From NCBI GenBank assembly GCA_001949185.1, contig BDGG01000009.1, positions 1,477,624 through 1,541,623 on the forward strand: a stretch of 64,000 bases of DNA, written 5' to 3'. Under the pieces are notes generated by a model, which saw only the letters and a program-made list of their open reading frames with translations, did no database searches and was not told where the DNA came from. The first letter of the stretch is position 1, and each line of letters begins with the position of its first letter. Of this stretch, positions 13,620 through 26,978 are shown one piece after another. Made by a program: the position numbers and the translations under genes. The DNA is from Ramazzottius varieornatus. Its lineage: Eukaryota; Animalia; Tardigrada.

Positions 13620-14911
13620 TCAAACGCTAACTTCCAGGCCGAATCCATAGCGATGTCCGCCTCCCGACAAGTTCTGGCCATTGATCAGCGAGGATAGCGT
13701 CAAGTTGATGCCCTTGCGCAGTTCTTGTGTGTAGCTGAGACCCAATTGCCCCACAGTGTCGACTTTGGCCTTGATGGAGGCGGTGGGGTCCAGGTCGTAC
13801 CTGGCCGCGACGCCCAAAAGGGTGTTTCCGCCTTGTGTCGAAAAGTTGGACTGGAAGCCAATCTCCAACTGAGGATCGACGCGGTTCCACACACCCATCT
13901 CAAAGTCCCGAAAGTGCGTCGTGCCGGCATGGAGAGTGTACCGACTAGCACCCATACCTAGAGCCACGTTGTACCTGAAAAGACACTGGATCATTACAAG
14001 AGAAACCAGTGGAGTAGCAGGCACAGAACGCAACATCTGTTAATGGTGGACCACAAGGTTGGACTTGTTCGCCAGCAACCTGTCAACTAGCCGTTTACTT
14101 TGCCTTTACGACCCACCAAAAGCCTGCTTTGCCTGGGATAGTTTACCGAGCTAAAACCTCCCCCACCAGTGCCGACCAATCCATCAGTTCCTACCTTGTG
14201 ATGGCCGACTTGGCGCTGTCGAAAACCATGCTACCACCCAGTCGCATGCCGTTGTAGGAGGTAACTGCCGACGAGCGAACGATGGGACCAGCAAAGTCCA
14301 GGTCGACGTCGGTGGTCAAATGCAAGAATGGTCGTCGCACCCTGAAGTTCAGTCCGGCGTTACGCTTGCCAGTTTGAGCTGACAGCCCGGCGACAAAGGT
14401 GACTTTAGCTCCGGCCATCATCGTGTCTTCGACGGACGCCTCCATGGTCACCATGTTGTCGGTGCTCCATCTTTCCAGCAGCGTTAGACCGTAGTCTTTC
14501 TGGGTGAAGGTGTGCTCCAGAAAGCCGTAAGCCTGCGGAGAGTCTCCGGCAATCTCTTGCTGACCAACCCCGCGGATCTGCACGCCATTGGCAGTCGTAG
14601 TCTTCACATCAATCCGGGCATGTCCTATGATAAAAACCAGCCATTGATACCAGGAATCTAAAGAATGCACTATGTAATCAGCGACAGACCATACATACCA
14701 ATATTGTAGTTCTTGGCGAACAGGTCTTTTACACCTTTGTTCTACAGGACCGTGAAACAATATGGTGGATGAGCACTGAGCATAAGGGACTTTCACCAAG
14801 CACATGGTCACTTTGGCACTGCCTGATGGAACTCACCAGATCGGCAAAGGCTGGAGGAATCTCTCCCACTACCCTGTTGGCGCTCTGAACATCGGGCAGG
14901 AAAGAAGCCAT
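13620..14911 (-). CDS. VDAC: voltage-dependent anion channel (porin)
   Basis: PPAFADL..KDLFAKNY; GLTLLERWSTDN; DVDLDFAGP; C-terminal GLSYTQELRKGINLTLSSLINGQNLSGGGHRYGFGLE. Confidence 0.92.
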
Positions 14912-15583
14912 CTGCAAATGAATCAACTACTAACGTTAAATGCTGGAACGTGCGCAGGTGAGCTTGAAGGACGTACCTTGATAGTTTATGAGAAGAATAA
15001 AGGCTGAGCTATCAAGCTTGGAAGATACCTGCGGGGACAAAGAACCAATTATAACTGGGGAAGGTCGACCCGAAGCTGTTACCAGTATCCCTCTCTCACA
15101 CTATGTGTACTTCTGGGAGCCATCGAGATCTTACCTGTTTGCTCCAGAGATCCCCAACTCCAGACTTCCGAAGTAAGAATGGGTTCTGAAAATATGGATT
15201 AACTTCGCCCTTCGGAAAAGACGAAATAGGTTTCTCTGAACTCTTCTTGCGTCACCCATCTTCTGCAATTTTCTTATTGGATATTGCCTGCTGTCGCTTA
15301 ATATTTGACTGGCTGAAGGAGAAAAAAGGCAGTCGTCGCAGGATCCAGCCTTTGCTTACGTAATGTCATAGTCTATTACAGACCGAATTGATTGAATGAG
15401 TTGATTGGGTATCCGATGATCAAATTAAAATTAATTCCAGTCGAATCATTCATTTTCCGAAACAAGCTTCTTCCAGTTCTAGAATCCAGACCAGGAGATT
15501 AGAACCTAGACCGATCAGCTCCTGAGTTTTCAAACGAAGGTACCAGCTGCTAGCGGACGGATTGTCGACGGTTAGGGCTGGCA

Positions 15584-18500
15584 ATGCCTCGTGGTGGGAG
15601 ACAGTCGATTTCGGAAAGTGGGACGGAAGAGGTGAGAGAGACTACAGTGATCTTGGAATATGTTTATGCTAAATAAGGCGCTGCATCTGTCTCGCAGATG
15701 GTCACAGAGGTGAACACTACTCCTTGCCAGACACCATCAGCTCCTGCTGGCGGTATAGCAGCAGCAGGCGAACGGCCAAAAAGTTGCAAAGCGCCCAGAA
15801 GATCGGTGACGAAGAAGGCCGATGTGGCCTACGGATTCTTCCTGCCCACTTCGGAGGACTTTGACAAGTGGCCTGGACTGCAGGTATGGAAAGAGAGTGT
15901 GCAGCTACAGGACAGCCAATGTCGGTGGAAGCTTCTTCTTCGACAAGCAGACTACGCTTCGGCCTGGTCTTGCGTGGAGCAGCGTACGACAAAGTACCTG
16001 CAAGAGACCCTCCTCCCCTTCGTCGACTATAGGACCGAGTTGGATGACGGCAAACATGTCATGCTGGCTTTTACGGGCCTTCATAGTGTCTTGTGCGCGG
16101 TCGCAAGCGCCGTATGCGACGATTTCCGTCAACATATCAAAATGCCAGGTAATTGGAACCTGAGCTGAAATACTCCTCAGTGAGGTTACACATGCTTGTT
16201 TTCTAGAGTTCATTGCAGTGGTACAGCCGGAAGCTGAGCAGAACTACTTGGACGGTATAGAAGAAGTGGACATAGCTGCAATGTTCCGTGGCGAGCCCCT
16301 CCCTGAAAAGCGAACTGAAGCTCCAGCCAAGCACAGTCGACTTCCTGCCATGGACTTTGAGACTTGTGTCGAGCCTTGCAGTTCCCCTCGAACGGACTTT
16401 GTGGCTGGCAGCACCGAGTCCAAGCGACGGCGGACCATGACGCCAGAAAGCGAAGACGCTACAGGGGCCAGGTTGATGACGGGCCTCTCTTTGAGTTCCA
16501 CACCCGAACGAAGTGCCATCCAAGCCGCCGTCATGGTTGAAGTGGCCGAGAAGGTTTCGGACTTTGTCGATCTCCGTCAGCTCTCGTCCCACGAACTGGA
16601 CCGTAACCCTTCCGTCCTTTCTTCACAGCAGAATGTCTTTGGCGCTCTGACCAACATTGTCCAGCAGCACTACATGCAGCACTTTCCCCTGGCAATGGCA
16701 GTTGCGCTCCGCCCAGTTTCGCAGCTGATGGAATGCATGCTGGACTGTCAGCTCAATGCCGACAACGAGCCACCCAAAGGCAAAAATGCATGGTCATTAT
16801 TCAAAGGAGCTTTTGAAAGTTCCGTCCGTTGCATGTGAGTGCAGGCTGGGTGGAAAGACCTCTCTCGGATACGGTCGTTTTATTGATGATGGCTTTTATG
16901 ACAGGATTGAGCTGGGCTTGATGGAGTCGGTGGTGGTACCAGCTTTCCAGCTAACGTGCCAGCAGCGCGTGGGCCGTGAGATGGTGGACATGTTCGATCA
17001 TGAGAAGAAGGTGAAGGGCTTTCTGACATTCCACCCACCCTTCTCCGCCATCAGTGCCGTAGCCCAGATGATTATGGGACAAACGACCTGTGGTCAGCAC
17101 CTTCTCTTCAGTTACGGTATGAAGAGCGTGACGGCGCTGGTGGAGTGGGCCAAGCGGCAGTACATTGAGCAAGTGGTCGGCAACTTCTTCGACCTGCTGC
17201 TGCAGTGGCCCAAGTCCAAGAAGACCTTCATCGAACTGAAGCTGCTGATGGACGAAGCCTCCTCACACCAAGTCATCTACGCCGTCATCGTCTCGCTACA
17301 GCGACAGTTCCATAGTCGACTGCTGAGACCTGGCCTCAACACACAGGACATCCTGGCAGTGTACACGGCGGCCATACGTGCTCTGCGCATCGTCGACCCT
17401 TCCCGCGTCATCCAAGACCTCGTCTGCCAAACTGTCCGCGTCTACCTCCGCTCCCGTCCAGGTACGTACATCACTCCACCCAACCTTACTAATATCCCAC
17501 TTGTTCCTTGGTCATTCTCAAAGTCAAATTGCAGCGTCAGTTGACTAAGTGATGCGTGTCTCACAAGGGTCGACAAAGCTTACAATAGGTCAAAGACGAG
17601 GTTTGAGGGCCGACGGCGCATTATGGCACATCTTGACAAAATTGAAGGTTTCTCAAATTGCAGATACTGTTCGCTGCATAATGTCACATATCACACATAT
17701 CAATCACAGCCGAGAGGGCGAGGAGAACCGCAAGAGTAGTCTGCCAGCCTTGGACGCCATGATTGAAGAGGAAGAACAGGCCATGGCCGAGTCCTTACTG
17801 AACCCCACCAACTCGGCCTCCGACATTGACATGGACAACTGGGAGTTTTGGCAGCCGGACCCCCTCTACGCCGAACTGCTGACCACCTCTGCGCGAACAG
17901 ACCGACAAGCAGACACCATCGAGCTGCTGATGAGCATCTACGGTGGCCAAGATGTCTTCATCAACGAGTACCAGTTGATCCTAGCAGAAAAGCTTCTGGG
18001 CTATTACTCCTTTGATGCCGAGGAAGAAACCAAGCATTTAAAGATGATGACCAAAAGGTACCAGGTCATTTTCCCACATTTGTCAAATGACAGGGCGACG
18101 TTTATCGACGTGCGCTTTTAGGTTTGGGGAAACGCTGTTGCAAAAGTCGGAAGTGATGAGTCGCGACGCCATCGAGTCCAAGCAATACCAGCGCAAGATG
18201 TTAAGCAGCAAGAAGCTGGACGCTGATAGCAAAGCTCTTCCTCTGCCTTGTGGACCGGCCAAGAGAGTCATGCCCGTGCGGACCTTGGTCATCTCCCAAA
18301 ACTATTGGCCGGAAATTCGGGCCGAGAAGATGAAGGTCCCTGAGGCTTTGCAACAGGCCATGGGGGAGTACACGGCGCTCTTTGAGGAAGTGACGGCTAG
18401 TCGCACCATCGACGTCCGACCCGAGCTGGGCCATGTCACCTTCGAGCTTCATCTGGACGAAGGCCGCTCCATGCATGTCCGCTGTAACCCCGTCTACGTC

Positions 18501-19065
18501 GCCATCATCCTACACTTTACCCAACAGTCCATCTGGCCTCTGGACCAACTGGCCCAACAGCTGGGTCTTTCTGCTATAGTTTTGAAGCGCAAGTTACAGT
18601 ATTGGCAGGTCAGTGAAAGAAACTTCCTTGTCCAAGCTGGCCATACCTCACAAAACTCAACTTCTTTTCCAGCGTCGTAATGTGCTGGAAGAGTGCGAGG
18701 CCAATGTCTACTCCGTCGTGGCAGACGGCAGCTTCTTGTCGCAAGAAGATGTGCGTCGTATGGACGACGAGGAGATTGAGTCGGCTGTCCGTTACGTGGC
18801 CGAAGTCAACCCCGACGAGCAGAGCTTGCAGAACCAGCTGCAAATGTTCTGGAAGTACATGATGAACATGCTCATTACCGTCCCCACAATTACCATTGAA
18901 CGCCTCTTTTCCATGGTGCGCATGTTCATCATTCGCGGACAGACTAAGCGCGAAGTGACCATCGACCATTTACGGCACTTTCTCGACACCAAAGTCCGCA
19001 CCCGCGAACTCATCTTCTTGAATAATAAATATTCACTTCCCAAGAAAGATGCCAAAGAAGCATAA
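15584..19065 (+). CDS. ANAPC2: anaphase-promoting complex subunit 2 (cullin-like)
   Basis: RLLRPGLNTQDIL..Y..AIRALRIVDPS; WQPDP; LMSIYGGQDVFINEYQLILAEKLL; ISQNYWP; C-terminal winged helix FWKYMMNML..ERLFSMVRMF. Start codon uncertain (15584 or 15698). Confidence 0.9.
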
Positions 19066-19362
19066 CATCTTTGACCATTTCATGACGTCAACGCACTGAA
19101 ATTCTTCGTGTTTATTTCCATCTCTGCCAGTTGATCCTCTCGTCTTTTCGGAATGTCCCAAGTCTTTCACGCAAATGAAACCCGTCTCAAAATAACACTA
19201 TTAAAAAAATATCCAAACGAACGGAAAATTGTACCATGTAAAAACAGTGCTGTAAGATCATGCGTGATATCTTACAACACCATAACCTCGTACGTAAGCC
19301 GAGTCAACCAAGAAAGTAAAGGAGGTGAACATGACGTCGTTCTGCCTTGACGGATGGGTCGG

Positions 19363-21423
19363 TCACTCTTTGATTTCCTTTCCATGCCTGTGAAAAAGTA
19401 TTGTTGGTTTCCATTCACGCTAACGGGCAGACGAATCTTGCAGCAAGTTGAAACAGAAACACGTTGCTTTTAGACAGCATGGAAGGACAAGCGGAATAAG
19501 TCCGACATCCATAGAATTGTCTTCCCAGAATAAAAAAACCCCCTGCGGAAACGAATTCATACCTTCTTCTGTGAAGTCTGGCGAACATGGCGTTTCCAGA
19601 AAAGAAAGCGACCGCTCCCAGAACGGTTAGATATTTCAGTGTGGTGAACATGTCCAGGAAAATCCAGAACATGTAATACAGGTAAAAGATGGCTGAAAGG
19701 ATAGGAAGCAGTTGAGGGTGTTAGTTCCTCTTAGTTCTGACAAGGCACAGCGCCATCCAGAGTGGAAAAAGCTCTTTACTTTTGCAATCGTTTCAGCTGC
19801 TGGTCAGATCGTACCAACCAGCAGATATGGGTCACCCCACCAAGGGAAACTACTGCTTCTTCATCCTAGCTGGCACAAGTGCAATCCCCCAAGCTTACCT
19901 CCCAACGATCCGTAGAAGACCAAACTTGTGGGGTGCAAGTCGAAGTTTCGAAAGTTTATTCCCAGTCTTGCCCACTAAAAGCAATACTACTGTACAACAG
20001 TGGAAATTACAGCACAAGATAATGCACTTACCAAGGCCCACAGAACAACCATGGGTGCTAGGACGGCAAAGGAGAAGGCGGTGGAGACAAGTGCCGGTGG
20101 GCGTTTCTCCGGTTCCCGGAAAGTATGCTGTAAACCACACCACATCAGAACTAGCCAAATTTCACTACTGTGACCCGACGTTCAGAACCAACCTTGATTT
20201 CCGGCTTGGGGGCGAAACGCGCAAGAGGATCGGGGATATTGTCCACACCACCAGGAAAGCTCAGTTTCACTGATCCCTACAAAAGTCAGAACTGTTAGCT
20301 CTCCTTAGTTTAAAGACTGCCTTAGGATCGCTTCTAGATGGAGAAAAGCAATCTGGCAGAATTAACTTGTGGCAAAAACTATGCAAATTGTGAGCTACAA
20401 TGGATTCTGCGCGAACAGCGAATAGTGAAGATATAATACTTCTGGACCTTACCAAGTTTGCGGAAACTGCTTTAGCGATGTTGACGTCGCCCACTTCGAT
20501 ACGAACATCATACTGCCCAGACAGACGGGCGAACTCGGCAGCTCGCTTTGAAAGATCCTGTAACCCCAACGGTAAGATTCAGTGAAGAAGGTCATGTTGG
20601 CAAACGATCCAACAGATATTTCAGCCCGACTAGAAGTTAAGACAAGCATACCACTTCGACTTTGTAGCTATCACCGTCAGCTTCAGCCACCAGGACGACT
20701 TCCTTGACCTTGCCATTCGTCAGACGCAGGAAAGTCTGCAAGCACAACTATTCCTGACAAGCCCTTTTTCAAGGAAATCAAGCATGAATGCGTCATCTAA
20801 CGGCACCGTACCTGATCAGCCTTGACCGGTTGGTTATCAGCTTGATTTCTGACGGTGAATTTCACAACCAGCTTCTGGTTCTCCGGCACATTGGGAATGG
20901 ACGATAACTTATTCGGCAGCGAAATTCTGCAAACAGAAATCAGCTTATGCTCATTACGGTATTAAAGTGACGAAAGAGGATCTGTCGTCAGCCTATGGCG
21001 CAATTTACTGGGAAATCCATCGTTAACGCACTTCTGGCTAAGAGACGCTTTCCCCGCATCCGAGTCGTAAATTGACACCTCAATGTCCGATATCGACACC
21101 TGCAATTGATTCGCAACCGTCTTGATGCCATTTAGAGATTTAAAACATTATGGAAATCGCAGCTATTGACAAGCGTGCTGTTGACAAACAGTCCAGCATG
21201 CTGCGGAATCTTACCTGAACTTGTGATGAGCTTCGTTGTGCTTTTGCGGCTGGCTTGTCTGCTACCGGTGTCTCCTTAGACATGCCCTGCCCACCTTGAA
21301 CCGAAAATATCGTCAGAAGCATTGTCAGGCAAAGGCTGCAAAGTCCTGCAAACGATGCACATGTCAATTACTTCAAGCGAAACGCATGGGAAGCAAAGAA
21401 TCCTTACTCAGGTAGGTCTCCAT
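19363..21423 (-). CDS. RPN2: ribophorin II / OST subunit, short Swp1/OSTD-1-like form
   Basis: Signal peptide METYLRLCSLCLTMLLTIFSVQG; LSGQYDVRIEVGD; FAPKPEIKHTFREPEKRPP; C-terminal TM FWIFLDMFTTLKYLTVLGAVAFFSGN; in-frame stop just upstream of ATG. Confidence 0.88.
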
Positions 21424-23957
21424 GTCTCCTCACCGCTCCTTTGGACGTGCGCTCTCCACCCTTCCGATACGCCTGGATCAATTAGCTGACGATCACGAGC
21501 TCCTAGCTCCACAGTGCCAGAAGCGACTCCTGCAGATCATCCAGGAAGGCCAGCAGCAGTGAAGATTCTGCAAAGAGGAACAAGTCTTCCAGAATCCGAG
21601 AACGCCGACGAAAACTTATAGAAATTAAAATGCGATCTGAAAATTTTGGGCTGCGTGGCTGCCTTCAACACGTTGGCCGTCGCTTGATTCTTCAACTCCA
21701 CGAATATTCCACGTGGCACCCTTGAGGGTTTCCCCTGATGGTGGTGGCATGTCATGCATATCATTGCATGATCAGCCCTGAAGGGCGGCCCGGCAGGGGT
21801 GGGCTAAGGGTCTGAGTTTGCCTGGGATGTAATTCCATAATTCCAAATTTATCAAATTAAATACTCCAGTAACTAGTAAATAATATTTTTATAATCTTTT
21901 CAATGATCATACTTTGGAGTAAGTACAGGCCGAAATCCAGCTGTTTAGAGAACCATATCCTCGCGTAAATCTCAGCCGTAAAACCGGTTGATGACAAGAT
22001 AAGTGAGTACAAGGAGCTGGTCTCACAGTTCTGAAGCCTTATAACAATACCGATACACCGATAATCAAGAAGCGGAGCGAAGCCTTCAAAGCTGACGACA
22101 TTAAAGAGACAAACAATGCCGGCCGGAGGCCAGCGAACTTTTTAGATTTTTTTCTTAAAGACGCTCTTTCTGATTGGCCGTAGGAAGACTAATGGTAGAA
22201 AACTAATGGAAAGTTTCTGAACGATTGCACCGCTCATGAAACAGGCTGGGAAAAGCAGTCGTAACTTCAGGGAAGTTTTACTTCTTCCCGTGGCAAAACC
22301 GGGACTTCTCAATGGTGCGGAGGTAATAGTCGGAATGCTCTATTTTTCCTGAGAAGCGAGGTTGTGACGGGAGAATCGAGAAGATAAAACTGAGCAGTCA
22401 GGAGTAAGAAAGGCAGCCGTATGAAATTCGTGAGAAATCACGGTCCAGCCTTGAATGTTTGTAGCAATAAGCATAAGATCAAGAGTATGACGTTGATTTG
22501 CGAAAGTCAAAAACGTTTTCGATCGTCTCCGTCTCGTCTCGAATGTACTGGAGTGGTTAGCGGCACAATAGCTGAACGCCATGATATCGGTTTTCAGAAT
22601 TTACCAGGTCATGGGTTTTTTTCGTTTCGATTAGTGCGGATGTGGCCCTTTTTGCACAGAAACAGCCGTGTTGTAGTGAGAAGCTCTAATGTGCCTTAAG
22701 CACGCTTGAATTGTGCACTCACCATCAACAATCAATGCTAACATACGACTTCATACTACGAACCATGAGTACCCCATACGACTTTTCAGTTTGAACACTG
22801 CGGAACTGCAAATCATGATAACAAACGCAGCCACAGAACCAGACATCTATTCTCGGAGCTTGGAAGACGGTGTATCGAGACTTGATCCATCTTACATTTT
22901 TTAATATTTTATTGATATTATTAATCATAATTCCCACCCCAATCATCATTCCCGGTCTTCCCAGGCAGGCGTTCTCGGTCCTGTTTTTTGGGAGGGATTA
23001 TCCCGGTTCTGTAATTCTGGACTCATTGGGGTGGGAATATTCCCGGCATTCCCGGCCTTAGTCTAGGCGTGCCGGCCTGGAGTCCCTGGACTGTATAGCC
23101 ACTTTTAACAATTCAAAACCCAGCCGTGCCCGCTGCGATCGCATGTACGTGGTCCGTATCATACGAGTGCTGTACGACGGCGAACGTTTCTCTGCCGGCA
23201 AGCACTGCGCACAGACAACGTTGCCAACAATTTAGGCAAGTTGCACTGAGAGAAGATGCCGGAAGAGCTTGCCAGACTGCTGTGTGAGTCAGCCGTTTGC
23301 GACAGTATGGGAAGCTCTTCCGCGTACCAGTCCAAACACTGCGAGCATGTGTCAGTCAGAGCGATCAAACGATCGCATACATCGTACGAGCTCGTGTACG
23401 TCACTTTACACAGGCGTCAGACGTGCTGGTACGTCACGTTTTGAACAGCCAGTCAAAAACTAAGCCTAATAAAGCCGGCTATACTGGACTGTTTCGCTCT
23501 TTGCCCCGACTCCCCGGCACCCCGGGAAAAACCAGAGCGCACGCCAGGTGGAACCTAGCCACAAAGTTCAAAATTCGAGTCCCTGTCCTCCAGAAAACGT
23601 CCTCTTTATTCATCATCTCGTCTTTTCTCTCCTTCTTCTCCCAGTCCCTAGGTTGACCACTGAATGGGAAACAGGACGATGAAGATCTAGTGCTTGCAGC
23701 CCGTGGTGATTTTTGTCTATTGTGCGCCTGGCGCTATATTGAGAGTATATCCAGATCTACGTCAGAGCTTGTCTAAAGAAGTGGAGGTGCAATTTCTCCT
23801 GAAAACTCTGGATGGCGTCCTGGATTCTCAACTGACCCAAGTAGACCCAGCGCTTCAACAATGATGGAAGCGTTCGGTCACTGAGTCCTATCCCGCAACT
23901 AATCCGTCGTCTGGTGGTTGTCCTGAGTCTGGATCTGCTCCGTGAGGGATTGCCAAA

Positions 23958-26556
23958 ATGCCTCGTTTCTCAAAGACAATCTTCCTTCCATTTGTGGTAT
24001 TCCCCATACTGATAGCGACGCACGGATTCCAGAGCAAGGTATGAAGGACAATAGGGTTTGTCCTGTTGAACCCCTTCTCCGTGGCCTTCAGGATTTGTCT
24101 ATTAATCATGTAATTGTCTTTCAGAATCCGAATGCCAGCTGGGTGGAGCATATCCTAGGCACATCATGGATGCACTTCCTCCTGGAAATTTCCCTGACGC
24201 TATACATCATATATGTCAGTATTCACAAGATGAAAAGAAACTCGCCGAATCCCCTGAAGGAATCGCTAGAGCAGCTAACAGAAAAGGTAGGTTCGATACA
24301 GGCTGCCTAAAAAGCTGGTGGTTTATTTCCGGGAATGGGAAGAGATCTGTAAGGTTTCTACTTGGGGCTCTTGATCGCCAACCACTCTCTTTTTTTTGTC
24401 ATAGGAAAAGGAAAATTTAATCAAGGAATGGACACCAGAGCCCTTGGTTCCCGCTTCGTTCGTTCAAGACATTGAGATGAACGAAGCACACCGTCCCAAA
24501 GTTGTTTGCGAAAGGTAAAGAAGAATGCTGTAGTCATGCGAGTGCGACCAGTCATTCAGTTTTGATGACAATAGTGAGTGGTTGTCACGTAATGGAAGCT
24601 GCTTCGTAGTAAAATCGCGAAATATGTCAGCTGTAATGGGCGGCAGTACCTCAACATGTCCAGCTACAACTTCCTCAATTTTGTTGGAAATGCGCAGCTG
24701 GAGGTAAGAGCGCTCGGTGTTTGTGCTGTTTCGGCCATGTCTGCATGGAAAAAGTAAACTACGGGCTGTTTTAGGAAACAGCTAAAAGGACTATACGCAA
24801 GTATGGTGTTGGTTCTTGCGGCCCACGAGGTTTCTACGGCACTGTTGGTAAGTATGCCCAATGGCAGTGCAGCCAACTGCCATCTTTGTAAATATCTGTG
24901 ATTTCCAAGCTTGAAAAGCTCATCCAGAATCTGTTATGTAGATGTGCATTTGGAACTGGAGGAAAAGATTGCCAAGTTTATGCAGTGCGAAGAAGCCATC
25001 CTGTACTCGTACGGGACAGCCACCATCTCTAGTGCCATTCCTGCCTACTCCAAACGTGGTGATTTGATCTTCGTGTAAATCTCCCTTGCCCTTCTTGACG
25101 TACCGTACCGACCATCTCAAAGACAACTTCTCTCATCGTAGCCTAAACTATCCCTCTTACTTATTTGGCATGTCTTTATTGCAGTGACGACGGAGTGAAC
25201 TTCTCCATCCAGCAAGGTCTGGTGGTTAGCCGCAGTAACCTCAAGTACTTCCGCCATAACGACGTCAAGCATCTGGAGTCCTTGCTGGAAGCTCTACGCC
25301 TTCAGGACCAGATCGCGCTCAGCAGACCTCGCCGACATTTCTTGGAAAAGGACGTAGGTTGCTCCGTAGTCTTCTGCTGACACACATTTCCCAGTATGAC
25401 TGTAGGTCAGGTCGGCTTGTGGCTGTAGGATGTGGACCATCCCAGCAAGCGAAGAGTCTTTCTGGTTGTGGAAGGCTTGTATGCCAACTACGGTGATCTG
25501 TGCCCGCTTCCTCAGCTGGTGGCACTGAAGAAGAAGTACAAGTTTCGCATATTTCTCGATGAAACATTCTCCATTGGTGTCATCGGGCGTACTGGCCGCG
25601 GTGTGACGGAACACTTTGACGTTGCGGTATGGAAGGACTTTTCCCACTCAAGTCTGTATATCTGCTTGTAGAGACTCGCCAGCAAGTAACTTTCTGTTGT
25701 AGCGCGATGACATTGACTTGTACACCGGTTCTCTGGAGAACGCCCTGGGATCGACGGGAGGCTTCTGTTGTGGGTCGACCTTTGTCATCGACCATCAACG
25801 GCTGTCAGGGCTGGGCTACTGCTTTTCGGCCTCCTTGCCACCGCTGCTGGCGGCGGCAGCTTCCACTGCCTTGGACCTAGTCCAAGAACGTCCAGGTAGG
25901 CCTCACTCTCTTGTTGCATTGGCTGACAGACGGACATGTCATCTTGTTGTCTTGCAGAGCTGTTTGATCAGTTGAGGGCCAACTCGGAGTATATGCATAA
26001 AGAGCTCTCTAGGTTGGTACAAGTTGAAGGCTTCCACTCTTCCCGTGAAATAAGAATAACCTCTTCTTCTGGCACAGATTACCAGGTCTGTCCTTGCACG
26101 GCTTGCCTGGCTCTCCCCTGAAACATCTGCGCTTGGCTGTACCGTCAGAAAGTCGTCAGCAGGATGCTGACTTGCTGAATAGAGTCGTCAACCACGTAAG
26201 TATGCCAGCATACCACTTTTTGTCGAAATCTGCCAAGATGTTTAAAGAGCCGTCTTTTCCTTGACAGGTTTACACCAATGGATCCACTTTGTTCATTACA
26301 GCTAAATACGCTCCTGCTGAAACTTTACTTCCGCAACCAAGGTAAACTTGTGAGAGTAAGGTTCTTATGTGGCATCTCTTGCTTACTGGTCAGACCTGCT
26401 TCTTGTTTCGGGAGCAGCCAAAGGTTATACTGTACTGATCATATAAGCTATAATTGTTTTAGCATCCGCGTTGCGGTAAACGCCGAACTGACACAAAGCG
26501 AAATGACATCGGCAGTACAAGAAATTGCCAGTGCAGCCAAAGAAGTGTTACTGTGA
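23958..26556 (+). CDS. SPTLC1: serine palmitoyltransferase long chain base subunit 1
   Basis: [12 protein letters not shown]; YNFLNF; [23 protein letters not shown]; [11 protein letters not shown]; VEGLYAN; [16 protein letters not shown]; [13 protein letters not shown]. Confidence 0.93.
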
Positions 26557-26978
26557 TAACTGACTTTTGACAGAGTGACCTTTTCTTTGACATTGACACG
26601 ATCGTCCTGCTTTACATTCGCGCCTTCGAGGTGAAGACGTGGGCTTTGTAAGTTCGTTTTCCTGCACGTGCATTTTCTATCGGTTCGTCTCTCACCGTGC
26701 AACCTTTGCTTGCTCTCCCCAGTCTGGACACAGCTTCGGTGTCTCGCCAAACTATGGCCGAACGGTCGGATTTTTCACAGCAATTACGATATAAAATAAC
26801 GCTTGCAAAGCGAGAGAGTGATGGAAGATAAGCATAAAAGAAGTCACAAGCAAACACTGGACATGTGGATAAAAATCTCTTAATGACATTCAAGCATCCC
26901 AAGGTTTCAATGATGGTTTACACAGTGACTACACTATATCACTATCGTAAAAGAGTAGTGCGGCTATCATACGAGCGT

